A DNA stretch of 64,000 nt, from NCBI GenBank assembly GCA_041658245.1, contig JBBAAM010000007.1, positions 4,089-68,088 on the forward strand, given 5' to 3'. Below are positions 44,830 through 57,867 of the stretch, one piece after another (position 1 is the first letter of the stretch; each line of letters starts with the position of its first letter). Origin of the DNA: Melioribacteraceae bacterium (lineage in GTDB: Bacteria > Bacteroidota > Ignavibacteria > Ignavibacteriales > Melioribacteraceae). The notes under the pieces were generated by a model, which worked only from the letters and a program-made list of their open reading frames with translations, was not told where the DNA came from and searched no databases. The translations under genes and the position numbers were made by a program.

Positions 44830-46929
44830 CTAATAGGATTCAACATGTTTCTTTGCTTGAGATTTTTCCTGAATCTCTTCGGCAACAGATTTTGGTACTT
44901 CGGAATAATGTGCAAATTGCATTGTGTAAATTGCACGTCCTTGAGTCATAGATCTTAGTGTAGTAGCATAACCAAACATTTGTGCTAATGGAACCATCGC
45001 TTTGATAACCTGTGCATCTTTTCTGGAATTGAATCCTTCAATTTTTCCTCTCCTGGAATTTAGGTCGCCCATAACATCACCTAGGTAATCTTCAGGAGTA
45101 ATAACTTCAACACTCATCATTGGTTCAAGTAAAATAGGACTAGCTTTTAGTGCACCTTGTTTAAACGCCATAGAAGCAGCAACTTTAAATGAAATTTCAT
45201 CCGAATCAACATCATGGTAAGAACCATCGTATAATCTTGCTTTTACATCAACAACGGGGTAACCAGCCAATACACCATTTCTCATAGAATCTTGTAAACC
45301 ATGCATAATAGGATTAATATATTCTTTTGGTACTACTCCACCAACAATATCATTTTCAAATTCAAAACCTTTTCCTGGTTCATTCGGAGAAAGTTCAATC
45401 CAAACATGTCCATATTTACCACGACCACCGGATTGTTTAACAAACTTACCTTCAGCCTGAACTGTTTTAGAGATTGTTTCTCTATAAGCAACCTGAGGTT
45501 TACCAACATTAGCTTCTACTTTAAATTCGCGTCTCATTCTATCAACAAGAATTTCGAGATGTAATTCACCCATTCCGCTAATTAGTGTCTGACCAGTTTC
45601 ATCATCAACTTTTACCTTAAATGTTGGATCCTCATCAGAAAGCTTTGCTAACGATTCAGAAAGTTTATCCTGATCCGCTTTAGTTTTAGGTTCAATTGCA
45701 ATTTGAATAACAGGTTCTGGGAATACCATTTTTTCGAGAACAATAGCATCATCTTCAGTACAAAGAGTATCTCCGGTTCTTGTGTGTTTCAAACCAACAA
45801 TTGCAGCAATATCACCACATCTAATTTCTTCTAAATCTTCTCTTGTGTTAGCATGCATCTGAAGAACACGACTAACTCTTTCTTTTTTATCGGAGACAGA
45901 ATTAAAAATATAAGACCCAGCTTTTAATTCACCTGTGTAAACTCTAATAAATGTTAACTTTCCTACATACGGATCTGTCATAATCTTAAAAGCAAGAGCA
46001 GCAAATTTTTCATTGGAAGCTATTTTTCTTTCAACGTGATCATTCTTAAAAATATGATGAGCAGAAAGTGATCCGGAATCTAAAGGAGAAGGAAGAAAAT
46101 CTACAACAGCATCAAGTAGTTGCTGAACGCCTTTATTCTTAAACGATGATCCGCACAATACTGGAATTATTTTCCCTTGAATTGTAGCTTGACGTAATAC
46201 GTTTTTAATTTCTTCTTCTGAAATTTCTTTGCCTTCAAGATATTTTCCCAACAAGGTATCATCAACATCAGAAACAGCTTCCAACATTTCGGTTCTATAT
46301 TTCTGAGTTAATGGTAATAAATCTGCCGGGATGTCAACAACTTCGTATTCAGCACCGAGCGATTCTTCAATAAACATTATTGCTTTCATTTTCATCAAAT
46401 CAATAATACCTCTGAAGAGATCCCCTTCTCCTACAGGTAAATTAATTGGAACAGCAGGCGCTCCTAATTTTTCCTTCATCATTTGAACTGCATGAAAAAA
46501 ATCAGATCCAACTCTATCCATCTTATTTACAAAAGAAATTCTTGGAACATTATATTTATCAGCTTGTCTCCAAACCGTCTCTGATTGTGGTTCCACTCCG
46601 CCAACAGCACAAAAAAGTGCAATAGCACCATCAAGGACTCTTAGTGATCTTTCAACTTCAACAGTAAAATCAACATGCCCAGGAGTATCAATAATATTTA
46701 TTTGATGATCTCTCCAAAATGTGGTAGTGGCAGCACTCGTAATTGTAATGCCTCTTTCTTTTTCCTGTTCCATCCAGTCCATAGTTGCTGCACCATCATG
46801 AACCTCGCCCATTCTGTGTAATTTTCCAGTATAATATAGAATGCGTTCAGTTGTAGTGGTCTTACCAGCATCAATATGAGCCATAATTCCAATATTTCTT
46901 ACTCTATTTATTTCGACACGTTTTGACAT
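44830..46929 (-). CDS. fusA: Elongation factor G
   Basis: [21 protein letters not shown] and NKMD motifs. 699 aa. str-operon synteny. Confidence 0.97.
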   Translation of the reverse strand: MSKRVEINRVRNIGIMAHIDAGKTTTTERILYYTGKLHRMGEVHDGAATMDWMEQEKERGITITSAATTTFWRDHQINIIDTPGHVDFTVEVERSLRVLDGAIALFCAVGGVEPQSETVWRQADKYNVPRISFVNKMDRVGSDFFHAVQMMKEKLGAPAVPINLPVGEGDLFRGIIDLMKMKAIMFIEESLGAEYEVVDIPADLLPLTQKYRTEMLEAVSDVDDTLLGKYLEGKEISEEEIKNVLRQATIQGKIIPVLCGSSFKNKGVQQLLDAVVDFLPSPLDSGSLSAHHIFKNDHVERKIASNEKFAALAFKIMTDPYVGKLTFIRVYTGELKAGSYIFNSVSDKKERVSRVLQMHANTREDLEEIRCGDIAAIVGLKHTRTGDTLCTEDDAIVLEKMVFPEPVIQIAIEPKTKADQDKLSESLAKLSDEDPTFKVKVDDETGQTLISGMGELHLEILVDRMRREFKVEANVGKPQVAYRETISKTVQAEGKFVKQSGGRGKYGHVWIELSPNEPGKGFEFENDIVGGVVPKEYINPIMHGLQDSMRNGVLAGYPVVDVKARLYDGSYHDVDSDEISFKVAASMAFKQGALKASPILLEPMMSVEVITPEDYLGDVMGDLNSRRGKIEGFNSRKDAQVIKAMVPLAQMFGYATTLRSMTQGRAIYTMQFAHYSEVPKSVAEEIQEKSQAKKHVESY

Positions 46930-46951
46930 CTAACTTAATAATTCCTTTCAA

Positions 46952-47419
46952 CTACCATTTAAAATGTGCAAAAGCTTTATTCGCTTCAGCCATACGATGT
47001 GTATCATCTTTTTTCTTAACTGCAGAACCTTCGCCATTAGCGGCGGCCATTAATTCAGAAGCAACCTTTAATGCCATAGATTTATCTTTACGATCTCGTG
47101 CATATGTTTTAATCCAACGAAATGCTAATGCAGTTCTTCTTTCAGGTCTTACTTCCATTGGTACTTGATAAGTAGCTCCACCAACTCTTCTACTTCTAAC
47201 TTCTACCAACGGCTGAACATTCTGTACCGCTTTCTTAAAAACATCCAAAGCAGGTTTCTTTGTTTTTTGTTCAATCAAACCGAAGCTATCGTAAACGATA
47301 GTTCTTGCTGTAGATTTTTTACCATCCCACATCAAATAGTTAATAAATTTCGAAACAAGTATATCATTATACTTTGGATCTGGTTTTAAATATCTTTTCT
47401 CTGATCTTTTTTTTCTCAT
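46952..47419 (-). CDS. rpsG: 30S ribosomal protein S7
   Basis: [19 protein letters not shown]...AHFKW. Confidence 0.95.
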   Translation of the reverse strand: MRKKRSEKRYLKPDPKYNDILVSKFINYLMWDGKKSTARTIVYDSFGLIEQKTKKPALDVFKKAVQNVQPLVEVRSRRVGGATYQVPMEVRPERRTALAFRWIKTYARDRKDKSMALKVASELMAAANGEGSAVKKKDDTHRMAEANKAFAHFKW

Positions 47420-47424
47420 AGTAA

Positions 47425-47802
47425 TTATTTTGCTTTAGGTTTTTTAGTACCGTATTTAGATCTGCCTTTTTTTCTATCTTCAACACCACTTGTATCTAAT
47501 GTACCTCTGATAATATGATAGCGTACTCCTGGTAAATCTTTAACTCTACCGCCTCTAATTAAAACAATAGAATGTTCTTGTAAATTGTGACCTTCGCCAG
47601 GAATATATGCAGTAACTTCCATTCCATTTGTTAATCTTACTCTTGCAACTTTTCTTAAAGCTGAATTTGGTTTTTTAGGAGTTGTAGTATAAACTCTTGT
47701 ACAAACACCTCTTTTCTGCGGACATGCATCTAATGCCGGAGCCTTATTTTTCGAGGTTACAACTACTCTTCCTTTTCTAACCAACTGGTTTATCGTTGGC
47801 AC
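47425..47802 (-). CDS. rpsL: 30S ribosomal protein S12
   Basis: [11 protein letters not shown]...[20 protein letters not shown] start preceded by GGAGG. Confidence 0.95.
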   Translation of the reverse strand: MPTINQLVRKGRVVVTSKNKAPALDACPQKRGVCTRVYTTTPKKPNSALRKVARVRLTNGMEVTAYIPGEGHNLQEHSIVLIRGGRVKDLPGVRYHIIRGTLDTSGVEDRKKGRSKYGTKKPKAK

Positions 47803-47848
47803 GCAAATTCCTCCAAAATTATTCTTTTTGATAAAAATTCAGACTTGA

Positions 47849-47877
47849 AATTTATTGATAATCGTTTGAATTGTCAA
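47849..47877 (-). promoter_or_regulatory. Candidate sigma-70-type promoter upstream of rpsL (TTGACA-17-TAAATT)
   Basis: The minus strand reads TTGACAattcaaacgattatcaaTAAATT, ending about 46 nt before the rpsL start codon. Motif match only. Confidence 0.3.
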
Positions 47878-47910
47878 GTAAGCCTGTTCTAATTCTTTAA
47901 CTATTATACA

Positions 47911-50900
47911 TTATACTGATTCTTTTTCTGCATCTACTTCTTCTTTAACAACTGTTGATTCAATCTCATCACTAGTTAATATTAAGCTTCGGTATTTCTT
48001 CAATCCAGTTCCAGCAGGTATAAGATGTCCCATAACAACATTTTCTTTCAAACCAATTAAATGATCAACTTTAGCTTCAGTTGCTGCATTTGTTAATACT
48101 TTTGTTGTTTCTTGGAATGATGCTGCTGAAATAAAACTCTCAGTTGAAAGCGCTGCATGAGTAATACCTAACAAAATATTATCAAATGTTGCAGGTTCTG
48201 CATCGCGAGTTTTAATTAGCTTTTTACTTTTTCTAGTTAAATCAGAATTAATTTCTCTTAGTTTCGTTTTAGTAAGAAGCTGAGCCATTTTGAACTTTGA
48301 TTGTCCAGGATCTTCTATATAAACCATTTGTTTCACTTTATCATTTTCATCAATGAACTTATTACGATCAACTAAATCCTCTTCGATGAAAATAGTATCA
48401 CCTGCAGAAATTACTTGAAGCTTTTGTAGCATTTGTCTTACGATAACTTCAATATGTTTATCGTTGATCTTAACACCTTGTAAACGGTAAACATCTTGAA
48501 TTTCATTTACTAAATATTCTTGTACTGCATTAGTCCCTTTTATTTTTAATATATCGTGAGGATCAATTGGACCGTCTGTAATTTTTTCCCCTGCAGGAAT
48601 TTCATCACCCTCTTGAACAAGGATATGTTTACCATAAGAAACATTGTAAATTTTCTGAATTGAACTGTCTAATGATTCAATAATAATTTCACGCGAACCT
48701 TTCTTGCGAGCACCAAATTTAACTTTGCCTTCAATCTCAGAAACGACTGCTGGATCATGCGGACTTCTTGCTTCAAAAAGTTCTGTAACTCGAGGTAAAC
48801 CACCAGTAATATCACGTGATTTAGTTGATGATTTTGAAATCTTAGCAAGGATTGTTCCTGCTTGAATCTCTTCACCTTCTTCTACAGAAAGATATGCACG
48901 TGTTGGAATATTAAATGCTTTTTCATTTCCCTTATTATCTTTGACAAGAATACTTGGTGTTAAAGTTTTATCTTTTGATTCGATTACAACTTTTTGAACG
49001 TGACCAGTTTGTTCATCAGCAACTTGTTGAATTGTAATGTTATCTAATAAATCGATAAATGAAATTTTACCTGCATTATCAGCAACGATTACAGAGTTGT
49101 AAGGATCGTGGTTGTAAAGCGGCTGACCTTTTTTAATTTCCTGTCCTTCAGAAACCAATAATTCTGCACCATAAGGAATTTCAAATTTCTTAATCTGTCT
49201 ATTATCTTCATCGTAAAGTCCGATTGATCCTCTACGACCAATAACAACTTTTACTTTCCCGAAGAAATCAGTTTTTTCAACAAATGTAATTCTATCAAAC
49301 TTAACCGTACCGTTTACATTTGCTTCAACTTGTGATTGAGATGCAATACGTGATGAAGTTCCACCCAAGTGGAATGTACGTAATGTTAATTGTGTACCAG
49401 GTTCACCAATTGATTGAGCCGCAATAATTCCTACAGCTTCGCCGTTTTCCACAAGCTGACCAGTAGTTAAATTACGTCCATAACATTTTGCACAAACACC
49501 ACGTTTAGCTTCGCATGTTAAAACTGTTCGGATATAAACTTGATCAATATTTGCTTCATCTATTTTTTCTGCGATATCTTCAGTAATCACTTCGCTTGCT
49601 TCTATCAACAAATCATCCGTACGAGGATCATAAATATCTTCTTGTGCTACACGGCCGATAATTCTTTCTGCCAACGGTTCTCTTTCGAGTTCTATATCTT
49701 TAAGAGCAGAAATGTAAACACCTCTAATAGTACCGCAATCTAATTCAGTAATAATAACATCTTGAGCAACATCGCATAAACGGCGAGTTAAATAACCGGC
49801 ATCTGCTGTTTTCAATGCTGTATCTGCAAGACCTTTACGAGCACCGTGAGTAGAAATGAAATATTCAAGTACAGACAATCCTTCTTTGAAATTCGCGACA
49901 ATCGGATTCTCAATAATTTCTCCGGATTGACCAGTTAAACTCTTTTGCGGTTTCATCATCAAACCGCGCATACCTGCAAGCTGACGAACTTGATCTTGCG
50001 AACCTCTTGCACCTGAATCAACCATCATATGCAATGAATTGAATCCGCCTTGATCGGTTTTGATTCTATCCATTAATGATTTTGCTACGTTATTAGTAGT
50101 ATGGGTCCAGACGTCAACGATCTTATTATATCTTTCTGCGTCTGTAATCAAACCTTGTTCGTGTTCACTAAGAATGCCGGATACTTTTTTGTTTGAATCG
50201 TCAATCAATTTTACTTTTTCATCAGGAACAATCATATCGCTGAAGCTGATAGAAATTCCTGCTGCTGTTGCATAACGGTAGCCAAGCTCTTTAAGATCAT
50301 CTAAGAATTTGGCTGTAGCTTCGTTACCGATCTTAATAAACATTTTATAAATAAATCCTGAGAAACTTTTCTTAACAAGTAACTCGTTAATGTAGCCCAT
50401 TTCTTTAGGAACAATTTCATTATAAATTACACGCCCTACTGTAGTTTCTACAAATTCTTTATCAATTTTAACTTTTACCTTTGCATGAAGATCAACTACT
50501 TTAGAATTGTATGCGATCTGCACTTCTTCAATACTGCCAAATATTTTACCTTCACCTTTGGCACCAGTACGAACTTTAGTTAAATAATAGAGTCCTAAAA
50601 CTATGTCTTGAGACGGAAGAACGATAGGCAAGCCATTTTGCGGAGATAAAATATTATGACTACTTAACATTAAAATTGAAGCTTCAAGTTGTGCTTCGTA
50701 TGATAACGGAATGTGAACAGCCATTTGATCGCCATCAAAATCTGCATTGAATGCAGTACAAACTAACGGATGCAGTTGAATAGCTTTTCCATCTACTAAA
50801 ATTGGTTGGAATGCTTGTATACCCAGACGGTGCAATGTAGGAGCGCGATTCAACATAACCGGATGACCGTCAATCAATTTTTCAAGAATATCCCAAATAG

Positions 50901-52152
50901 TTGCATCTTTTCTATCAACAGCTTTTCGCGCACTCTTTACAGTTTTGAAATTTCCACGTTCAATAAGTTTACGAATAATAAATGGTTTGAAAAGTTCAAC
51001 AGCCATATCTTTAGGTAAACCGCACTGATGTAATTTCAATTCAGGACCAACAACAATAACAGAACGGCCTGAATAATCCACACGTTTACCAAGTAAGTTC
51101 TGACGGAAACGACCTTGTTTACCTTTCAACATATCACTGAGAGATTTCAACGGTCTATTGCCGTCACTACGGACTGCACTTGCTCTACGAGAATTATCGA
51201 ACAATGCATCTACAGCTTCTTGAAGCATTCTCTTTTCGTTTCTCAGAATTACTTCCGGCGCTTTGATATCAATTAATCTTTTTAAACGATTGTTACGAAT
51301 AATTACTCTTCTATAAAGATCATTTAAATCTGATGTAGCAAATCTTCCACCTTCAAGAGGAACAAGCGGACGAAGTTCAGGTGGAATTACCGGCACAACA
51401 TTTAATACCATCCATTCCGGTTTGTTTGGAACTTTTCCTTCATATTCACGAAAAGCTTCAAGAACTCTTAATCTTTTTAATAGATCAGCGCGCTTTTGTT
51501 GAGATGTGTCAGGTCCAAGTTGAGATTTCAAATCTGCAAAAGTAACTTCAATATCAATCTTCTTTAATAATTCTTTAATTGCATCGCCGCCGATTCTAGC
51601 TACAAATTTTTTCGGATCTTCTTCTTCGAGTGAATCATTATCATGTGGAAGTGAACCCATAATTTCATAATACTGATCTTCAGAAATCAAATCCTTTTTA
51701 CTCAAACCTGTTGGCCCGGGATTAATTACAATATAAGATTCATAGTAAATAACCTTTTCAAGTTCTTTTGTTGTCATTCCAATTATGTTACCAATCTTTG
51801 ACGGCAGCGCTTTGAAAAACCATATATGAACAACAGGAACAGCAAGCTGAATGTGTCCCATTCTTTCACGACGCACACTTTTTAACGTAACTTCAACTCC
51901 GCAGCGGTCGCACACAATTCCTTTATAGCGTATTCCTTTATACTTTCCGCATGCACATTCCCAATCTTTAACGGGGCCAAAAATTTTCTCGCAGAATAAA
52001 CCATCTTTTTCAGGACGAAATGAACGATAGTTTATTGTTTCCGGTTTGGTTACTTCTCCGTGAGATCTTGATAAGATATCATCAGGACTTGCCAAACTGA
52101 TCGTCATTTTTTCGATCTGTCTAATTTTATTTTCTTGCGGTTTAAATCGCAT
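47911..52152 (-). CDS. rpoC: DNA-directed RNA polymerase subunit beta'
   Basis: Zinc-binding CxCGK...CDRCG and catalytic [12 protein letters not shown]. 1413 aa. Confidence 0.97.
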   Translation of the reverse strand: MRFKPQENKIRQIEKMTISLASPDDILSRSHGEVTKPETINYRSFRPEKDGLFCEKIFGPVKDWECACGKYKGIRYKGIVCDRCGVEVTLKSVRRERMGHIQLAVPVVHIWFFKALPSKIGNIIGMTTKELEKVIYYESYIVINPGPTGLSKKDLISEDQYYEIMGSLPHDNDSLEEEDPKKFVARIGGDAIKELLKKIDIEVTFADLKSQLGPDTSQQKRADLLKRLRVLEAFREYEGKVPNKPEWMVLNVVPVIPPELRPLVPLEGGRFATSDLNDLYRRVIIRNNRLKRLIDIKAPEVILRNEKRMLQEAVDALFDNSRRASAVRSDGNRPLKSLSDMLKGKQGRFRQNLLGKRVDYSGRSVIVVGPELKLHQCGLPKDMAVELFKPFIIRKLIERGNFKTVKSARKAVDRKDATIWDILEKLIDGHPVMLNRAPTLHRLGIQAFQPILVDGKAIQLHPLVCTAFNADFDGDQMAVHIPLSYEAQLEASILMLSSHNILSPQNGLPIVLPSQDIVLGLYYLTKVRTGAKGEGKIFGSIEEVQIAYNSKVVDLHAKVKVKIDKEFVETTVGRVIYNEIVPKEMGYINELLVKKSFSGFIYKMFIKIGNEATAKFLDDLKELGYRYATAAGISISFSDMIVPDEKVKLIDDSNKKVSGILSEHEQGLITDAERYNKIVDVWTHTTNNVAKSLMDRIKTDQGGFNSLHMMVDSGARGSQDQVRQLAGMRGLMMKPQKSLTGQSGEIIENPIVANFKEGLSVLEYFISTHGARKGLADTALKTADAGYLTRRLCDVAQDVIITELDCGTIRGVYISALKDIELEREPLAERIIGRVAQEDIYDPRTDDLLIEASEVITEDIAEKIDEANIDQVYIRTVLTCEAKRGVCAKCYGRNLTTGQLVENGEAVGIIAAQSIGEPGTQLTLRTFHLGGTSSRIASQSQVEANVNGTVKFDRITFVEKTDFFGKVKVVIGRRGSIGLYDEDNRQIKKFEIPYGAELLVSEGQEIKKGQPLYNHDPYNSVIVADNAGKISFIDLLDNITIQQVADEQTGHVQKVVIESKDKTLTPSILVKDNKGNEKAFNIPTRAYLSVEEGEEIQAGTILAKISKSSTKSRDITGGLPRVTELFEARSPHDPAVVSEIEGKVKFGARKKGSREIIIESLDSSIQKIYNVSYGKHILVQEGDEIPAGEKITDGPIDPHDILKIKGTNAVQEYLVNEIQDVYRLQGVKINDKHIEVIVRQMLQKLQVISAGDTIFIEEDLVDRNKFIDENDKVKQMVYIEDPGQSKFKMAQLLTKTKLREINSDLTRKSKKLIKTRDAEPATFDNILLGITHAALSTESFISAASFQETTKVLTNAATEAKVDHLIGLKENVVMGHLIPAGTGLKKYRSLILTSDEIESTVVKEEVDAEKESV

Positions 52153-52214
52153 TTTCTACTCCTTTAGTCAAACTCTTGGTTGATCCCGATTAAGTTAAAC
52201 TCAATCGGAATAGC

Positions 52215-55200
52215 TTAGTTAATTTTTATATCAAGACCGAGACCTTGAAGCTCTTTAATCAACACATTAAATGCTTCGGGAATATTTGGTTCAGGTAAAT
52301 TTTCACCTTTAACGATAGCCTCGTAGGTTTTTGCTCTTCCTGTTACATCATCGCTCTTCACTGTTAAGATTTCCTGAAGAACATGCGCAGCACCATAACC
52401 TTCGAGAGCCCAAACTTCCATTTCTCCAAATCTCTGACCGCCAAATTGTGCTTTACCGCCTAGAGGTTGTTGAGTAATAAGCGAGTATGGACCAATGGAA
52501 CGAGCATGAATCTTGTCATCAACCATATGGGCAAGCTTCATCATATATATGTAACCACATGTAACTTTCTGATGGAATTTTTCTCCACTTCTTCCATCGT
52601 AGAGCCATGTCTTACTGCCTTCATCTAGCTGAGCATTTTTTAACCAGTCTTCAACTTCGCTAACTTTTGCGCTATCGAAGATAGGTGTTTCGAACTTAAC
52701 GCCAAGTTTATGACCAACCCATCCAAGAGCTGTTTCATATAATTGACCTAAGTTCATACGTGAAGGTACACCAAGCGGATTTAAAACTATATCAACCGGA
52801 GTTCCGTCTTCATGATGCGGCATATCTTCAACAGGAACAACTTTTGCAACAACACCTTTGTTACCGTGACGGCCAGCCATTTTATCACCAACAGAAACTT
52901 TTCTCTTCTTAGCAACATAAACTTTTGCAAGTTGAGTAATTCCCGGAGGTAATTCATCGCCGCTTTGTATTTTCAATTTTTCGCGTTTGTAATCTTCTTC
53001 AATCTCTGCAAGAAGTGTGAAATAGTTTGAATATAAATGCTTGATTAATTCGTTTATGTTTTTTCTTTCGAACCAATCTTTTGTGTAATCTAATTTTGAA
53101 ATATCATCTATTTCTGCAAATGTTTCATCTTTGATTGATGTACCGCTTCTCAATACAACGCTGCCGTCCAAATCGCGAATACCCGAAGTTGTTTTTCCAT
53201 GAGTAATGCGAGTTAGCTTAGTTACCAGTTTGTTGTAATGATTTTCTTTACGTTTTTTATATTCAGTTTCAAGATTATCCATCAATTTTTTTTCAACTTT
53301 CTTTGAATCGGCATCTTTTCTTTTGCGGCTGAATAATCTTGTTTTAATTACAACACCTTTCAATCCTGGAGGTGCTTTCAAAGATGCATCTTTCACATCG
53401 CCGGCTTTATCACCGAAGATTGCTTTTAATAATTTTTCTTCAGGAGTAGGATCTGTTTCACCTTTTGGTGTAATCTTACCTATCAGAATATCGCCTTCTT
53501 TAACTTCGGCGCCTTCCCTAACAATACCATGCTCATCCAAATCCTTTGTAGCTTCTTCACTAACGTTCGGAATATCTCTAGTTAATTCTTCTTCTCCACG
53601 TTTTGTTTCGCGAACTTGAAGTTCAAATTCTTCAATATGAATAGATGTAAACACATCATCACTAACAAGACGTTCGCTTAGTACAATAGCATCTTCAAAA
53701 TTATATCCGCGCCAAGGCATGAACGCAACCGATACGTTTCTTCCAAGTGCAAGTTCGCCTTTATCAATTGCAGGGCCATCAGCTATAACTTCACCTTTTT
53801 TCAAACGTTGACCGGTTACTACAATCGGTTTTTGATTAAAACATGTTTCCTGGTTGGTACCATTAAATTTTGTAAGAATATGTTCAACTCTTCTCTCGTC
53901 ATCAAAACTTACTAATGTTTCAGGAGCGCTTTCATCAACATCATACTTAACAATAATTCTCTTAGAATCTGCATACTCAACAACTCCGTTATCTTCGGCA
54001 ATAATAATAGAACGTGAATCACGAGCAATTTTTTGTTCCATACCGGTTCCAACAATAGGAGCTTGAGGAACAAGAAGCGGAACTGCCTGACGTTGCATAT
54101 TAGATCCCATCAATGCTCTGTTTGCATCATCGTGCTCTAGGAATGGAATTAATGCAGCACCGGCTGAAACAATTTGAGCAGGAGCTACATCCATATAATG
54201 AACTTCTTCCGGAGCAACTACAGGGAAATCACCGCGCTCTCTACATTTAACTCTATCTAAGACATAACGACCCTGCTCATCTAAAGGCGCATTGGCTTGA
54301 GCAATAATAAATTCATCTTCTTGATCAGCGCTTAAAAAATCAATGCTGTTCGAAACTTTTCCTTCTTTAACTTTTCTATATGGTGTTTCTAAAAATCCGT
54401 ACTGATTAACACGTGCATAAATTGTAAGTGAAGAAATAAGACCGATGTTCGGACCTTCAGGCGTTTCGATTGGACATAAACGGCCATAATGAGAATGGTG
54501 AACATCGCGTACTTCGAATCCTGCACGCTCACGTGTTAAACCGCCAGGCCCTAAGGCAGAAATTCTTCTTTTGTGTGTAAGTTCTGAAAGCGGATTAGTT
54601 TGATCCATGAATTGCGAAAGCTGGTTTGTACCGAAGAACGCATTTATCACACTGCTTATAGTTCTTGCATTTACCAAATCTTGCGGCTGCATATTTTCGT
54701 TATCGCGCATGTTCATTCTTTCTTTTATTGTGCGCGCCATTCTTGCTAAACCAACATTATATTGCTGCATTAACTGTTCACCAACAGTTCTAACTCTTCT
54801 ATTTCCTAAATGATCAATATCATCAACATTAACATTACCGTTTTTCAGTTTAATGATATTGTTCATGATTGCAATAATATCTTCAACTGTTAAAACCTTA
54901 ATATTATCAGGAACATTAAGATTTAATCGGTCATTCATTCTAAAACGACCAACGTCACCCAGATCATATCTTTTTTCATTAAAAAATAATTTATCTATTA
55001 ATCCCATTGCTGTATCAACATCAGGAGCTTCACCCGAACGTAGTTGTCTGTAAATTGCATATAGAGCTTCTTCTTTATTTGTTGAAGTGTCTTTTTTCAA
55101 TGTATTAATAACGAGATCTTGCTCAAATGTGGTTTCAATACTAAGTAGTTGAACTTTAGATACACCTGAACCTTTTATACTCTCAATAATTTCTTCTGTT

Positions 55201-55994
55201 AATTCGGCATCTTTGGATGCATAAATTTCACCGGTAGCTGTATCAATCACATCGTTGGCAGCAATTCTTCCGATATGTTTATCAATGCTTAAATGTTTAA
55301 CTGTTACTTCTTCAATAAGATTGAACAAATTTAAAATTTGTTCATCTGTTTCATAACCAAGAGCTCTTAATAAAGTTGTTGAAGGGAATTTTTTTCTGCG
55401 GTCTATATAAACATAAAGTATATTATTAATGTCTGTTGCAAATTCAACCCATGAACCTCTGAACGGGATAATTCTTGCGGAGTAAATCGGGGTTCCGTTT
55501 GGATGTACAGTTTGAGCGAAAGCAACACCGGGTGAACGATGTAATTGACTTACAATTACTCTTTCAGCACCGTTAATAATAAATGTACCTCGTCCTGTCA
55601 TATAAGGAAGATTACCAAGATAAACTTCCTGTTCTACAGAATTTACGTATTCACCGGTTTCATCATCTTTTGTTGAAAGACGAAGTTTTGCTTTTAAAGG
55701 TGCAGAGTACGTTAATCCTCTCTCTTCACATTCTGCCATTGAAAAGCGGGGCTTCTCAATGTAATACTCAATAAAATCTAATCTGTAAAATTCTTTATTG
55801 TCGAAGATTGGGTAGTTGGTATTAAATACCGCTTGTAAACCTTTGTTTTCTCTTTGCGCCGGTAAAACTTTTAATTGAATAAATTCTTCAAATGAATCTA
55901 ACTGAATATTCAGAAGATCCGGAACTTTAACAGTCTGAGAAATTTGAGCAAAGGTAATTCTTCCAGTGCTTTTGTTAATTTTTTGTTTTTCCAA
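52215..55994 (-). CDS. rpoB: DNA-directed RNA polymerase subunit beta
   Basis: Conserved blocks GRHGNKGVVAKV and GGQRFGEMEVWALE. 1259 aa. Apparent TTG start 6 nt after GGAGG. Confidence 0.97.
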   Translation of the reverse strand: MEKQKINKSTGRITFAQISQTVKVPDLLNIQLDSFEEFIQLKVLPAQRENKGLQAVFNTNYPIFDNKEFYRLDFIEYYIEKPRFSMAECEERGLTYSAPLKAKLRLSTKDDETGEYVNSVEQEVYLGNLPYMTGRGTFIINGAERVIVSQLHRSPGVAFAQTVHPNGTPIYSARIIPFRGSWVEFATDINNILYVYIDRRKKFPSTTLLRALGYETDEQILNLFNLIEEVTVKHLSIDKHIGRIAANDVIDTATGEIYASKDAELTEEIIESIKGSGVSKVQLLSIETTFEQDLVINTLKKDTSTNKEEALYAIYRQLRSGEAPDVDTAMGLIDKLFFNEKRYDLGDVGRFRMNDRLNLNVPDNIKVLTVEDIIAIMNNIIKLKNGNVNVDDIDHLGNRRVRTVGEQLMQQYNVGLARMARTIKERMNMRDNENMQPQDLVNARTISSVINAFFGTNQLSQFMDQTNPLSELTHKRRISALGPGGLTRERAGFEVRDVHHSHYGRLCPIETPEGPNIGLISSLTIYARVNQYGFLETPYRKVKEGKVSNSIDFLSADQEDEFIIAQANAPLDEQGRYVLDRVKCRERGDFPVVAPEEVHYMDVAPAQIVSAGAALIPFLEHDDANRALMGSNMQRQAVPLLVPQAPIVGTGMEQKIARDSRSIIIAEDNGVVEYADSKRIIVKYDVDESAPETLVSFDDERRVEHILTKFNGTNQETCFNQKPIVVTGQRLKKGEVIADGPAIDKGELALGRNVSVAFMPWRGYNFEDAIVLSERLVSDDVFTSIHIEEFELQVRETKRGEEELTRDIPNVSEEATKDLDEHGIVREGAEVKEGDILIGKITPKGETDPTPEEKLLKAIFGDKAGDVKDASLKAPPGLKGVVIKTRLFSRKRKDADSKKVEKKLMDNLETEYKKRKENHYNKLVTKLTRITHGKTTSGIRDLDGSVVLRSGTSIKDETFAEIDDISKLDYTKDWFERKNINELIKHLYSNYFTLLAEIEEDYKREKLKIQSGDELPPGITQLAKVYVAKKRKVSVGDKMAGRHGNKGVVAKVVPVEDMPHHEDGTPVDIVLNPLGVPSRMNLGQLYETALGWVGHKLGVKFETPIFDSAKVSEVEDWLKNAQLDEGSKTWLYDGRSGEKFHQKVTCGYIYMMKLAHMVDDKIHARSIGPYSLITQQPLGGKAQFGGQRFGEMEVWALEGYGAAHVLQEILTVKSDDVTGRAKTYEAIVKGENLPEPNIPEAFNVLIKELQGLGLDIKIN

Positions 55995-56024
55995 CCCTAA
56001 CCTCCAATGTGGTTTTTGTCAGTT

Positions 56025-56080
56025 TTTCTTTCATCTAAAAATGAAAGAAAGTGGTAAGACGGATTTTACCTTCTTACCAC
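56025..56080 (-). terminator. Intercistronic attenuator/terminator between rplL and rpoB
   Basis: The minus strand reads GTGGTAAGA-aggtaaaatccg-TCTTACCAC (9-bp stem, 56051-56080), followed by TTTCTTTCATTTTT. Its position matches the known E. coli rplL-rpoB attenuator. Confidence 0.6.
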
Positions 56081-56115
56081 TTCAATTTATATCGAATGAA
56101 GGGAATTGAATCAGT

Positions 56116-56493
56116 TTATTTAACTTGAACAGTAGCGCCTGCTTCTTCAAGTTCTTTTTTGATTTTTTCAGCTTCATCTTTTGAAACTGCTTCCTTAACC
56201 GATTTCGGTGCACCATCAACTAAATCTTTAGCTTCTTTTAAACCAAGTCCTGTATGTGCACGAACAACCTTGATTACATTTATTTTGGTTGCGCCAGCTG
56301 CTTGAAGAATAACATCGAACTCAGTTTTTTCTTCAACAGGAGCTGCTGCTGCGCCTGTAGCTGGTCCAGCCATCATCATCGGAGCTGACGCGGTTACTCC
56401 GAATTCTTCTTCTAATGCTTTTTTTAATTCAGAAGCTTCAACAAGTGTAAGCGCTTTAATTTTTTCTACAATTTCAACAATTTTCTCTGACAT
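56116..56493 (-). CDS. rplL: 50S ribosomal protein L7/L12
   Basis: Ala/Pro hinge, then [27 protein letters not shown]... Confidence 0.95.
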   Translation of the reverse strand: MSEKIVEIVEKIKALTLVEASELKKALEEEFGVTASAPMMMAGPATGAAAAPVEEKTEFDVILQAAGATKINVIKVVRAHTGLGLKEAKDLVDGAPKSVKEAVSKDEAEKIKKELEEAGATVQVK

Positions 56494-56539
56494 TTTACTA
56501 CTCCTATTACTTTAATTAATTATTCAAATTTATGATTGA

Positions 56540-57061
56540 TTATGCAGCTTTCTTTTTTCCAACCTCATCAATTACACTAACGAGATCTCTAATAACTGCA
56601 TTGATTGCACCGACAATTCCACTAGCCGGAGCTGCAATACTACCAACAATTCCTGACATGATTTCTTCTTTAGTAGGCATTGATGCAATAGTATCTAATT
56701 GATCTGCACCGTAAAATGCTGAATCAATATAGCATCCTTTGAAAGCAAATTTTTTCGATTCATCAAAATATTTTTTTATGATCTTTGCAGGTGCAACAAA
56801 ATTTTCGCCAGCAAAAGCAATACCTGTCATACCAACAAGTTGCGAATTGAATTTTTCAAATCCGCCAACCTGTTCTAAAGCTTTTTTGAACAGAGTATTT
56901 TTTAAGACTTTGTAATTAATTCCATCTTTTCTAAAATTAGATCGCAGTTTATTAATATCGGCAACATTAACACCACGGTAATCAACAAGAAACATTGCAG
57001 AGGAATTTTTCACCAGCTCTTTTATCTGTTTAATTCTTTCGGCTTTTTCTTCTTTTTTCAT
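56540..57061 (-). CDS. rplJ: 50S ribosomal protein L10
   Basis: L10-like sequence (FLVDYRGVNVADINKLR). Synteny upstream of rplL. Confidence 0.9.
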   Translation of the reverse strand: MKKEEKAERIKQIKELVKNSSAMFLVDYRGVNVADINKLRSNFRKDGINYKVLKNTLFKKALEQVGGFEKFNSQLVGMTGIAFAGENFVAPAKIIKKYFDESKKFAFKGCYIDSAFYGADQLDTIASMPTKEEIMSGIVGSIAAPASGIVGAINAVIRDLVSVIDEVGKKKAA

Positions 57062-57130
57062 CGTACTCCCAATCGGTTATAACTGCACACTTAATAATGT
57101 AGAAGCATTTATGAGTGCGTAAAATTTTAT

Positions 57131-57838
57131 TTAATCGTGCTTTGTAGCAACGGTTGTTTCATCTTTAGTAATTTTTAAACCGGGACCCATAGTGGAGGAG
57201 AGATATAAACTTTTTACATATATTCCTTTAGCAGATGAAGGTCTCATTTTTATAATAGTTTGAAGAAAAGCTCTGGTATTTTCAGCAAGTTGTTCAACGT
57301 TAAAATTCATTTTGCCAAGCGATGTATGAATTATTCCGGCTTTCTCAACTCTGAATTCGATTTTACCTGCTTTAACTTCCCTAACAGCTTTTGCTACATC
57401 ATTAGTAACTGTTCCGCTTTTAGGATTTGGCATTAAACCTTTTGGACCTAAAACACGGCCAAGTTTACCAAGCTCACCCATTGAATCCGGTGTAGCTACA
57501 ATAACATCAACTTCAGCCCAGCCGCCTTTAATTTTCTCAAGATATTCTTCAAATCCGGCATATTCTGCACCGGCTTTTAAAGCTTCTTCTGCTTGAGCAC
57601 CTTTTGCAATTACAAGAACAGTAACTTTTTTACCGGTACCATGCGGTAGTGAAACTGTTCCTCTTACCATTTGGTCTGCATGGCGGGGATCAACACCAAG
57701 TCTGATTGCACAATCGAGTGATTCGGTAAATTTAACTTTTGCATTATCTTTTAAAAGTTTGATTGCTTCTTCAACTGTGTATTCTTTTGTTCTATCAATA
57801 TTTTTATTGACAGCTTTAATTCTTTTGGTAACTTTCAT
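57131..57838 (-). CDS. rplA: 50S ribosomal protein L1
   Basis: [34 protein letters not shown]. Confidence 0.95.
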   Translation of the reverse strand: MKVTKRIKAVNKNIDRTKEYTVEEAIKLLKDNAKVKFTESLDCAIRLGVDPRHADQMVRGTVSLPHGTGKKVTVLVIAKGAQAEEALKAGAEYAGFEEYLEKIKGGWAEVDVIVATPDSMGELGKLGRVLGPKGLMPNPKSGTVTNDVAKAVREVKAGKIEFRVEKAGIIHTSLGKMNFNVEQLAENTRAFLQTIIKMRPSSAKGIYVKSLYLSSTMGPGLKITKDETTVATKHD

Positions 57839-57867
57839 TTTGATTCCGATAAAAAATTATTTTAAAA

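Noticed and set aside
57062-57130. Possible L10 (rplJ) autoregulatory leader structure
   Set aside because: Only a weak, mismatched stem (GCAC.C / G.GTGC) could be drawn by eye. That is insufficient to call.
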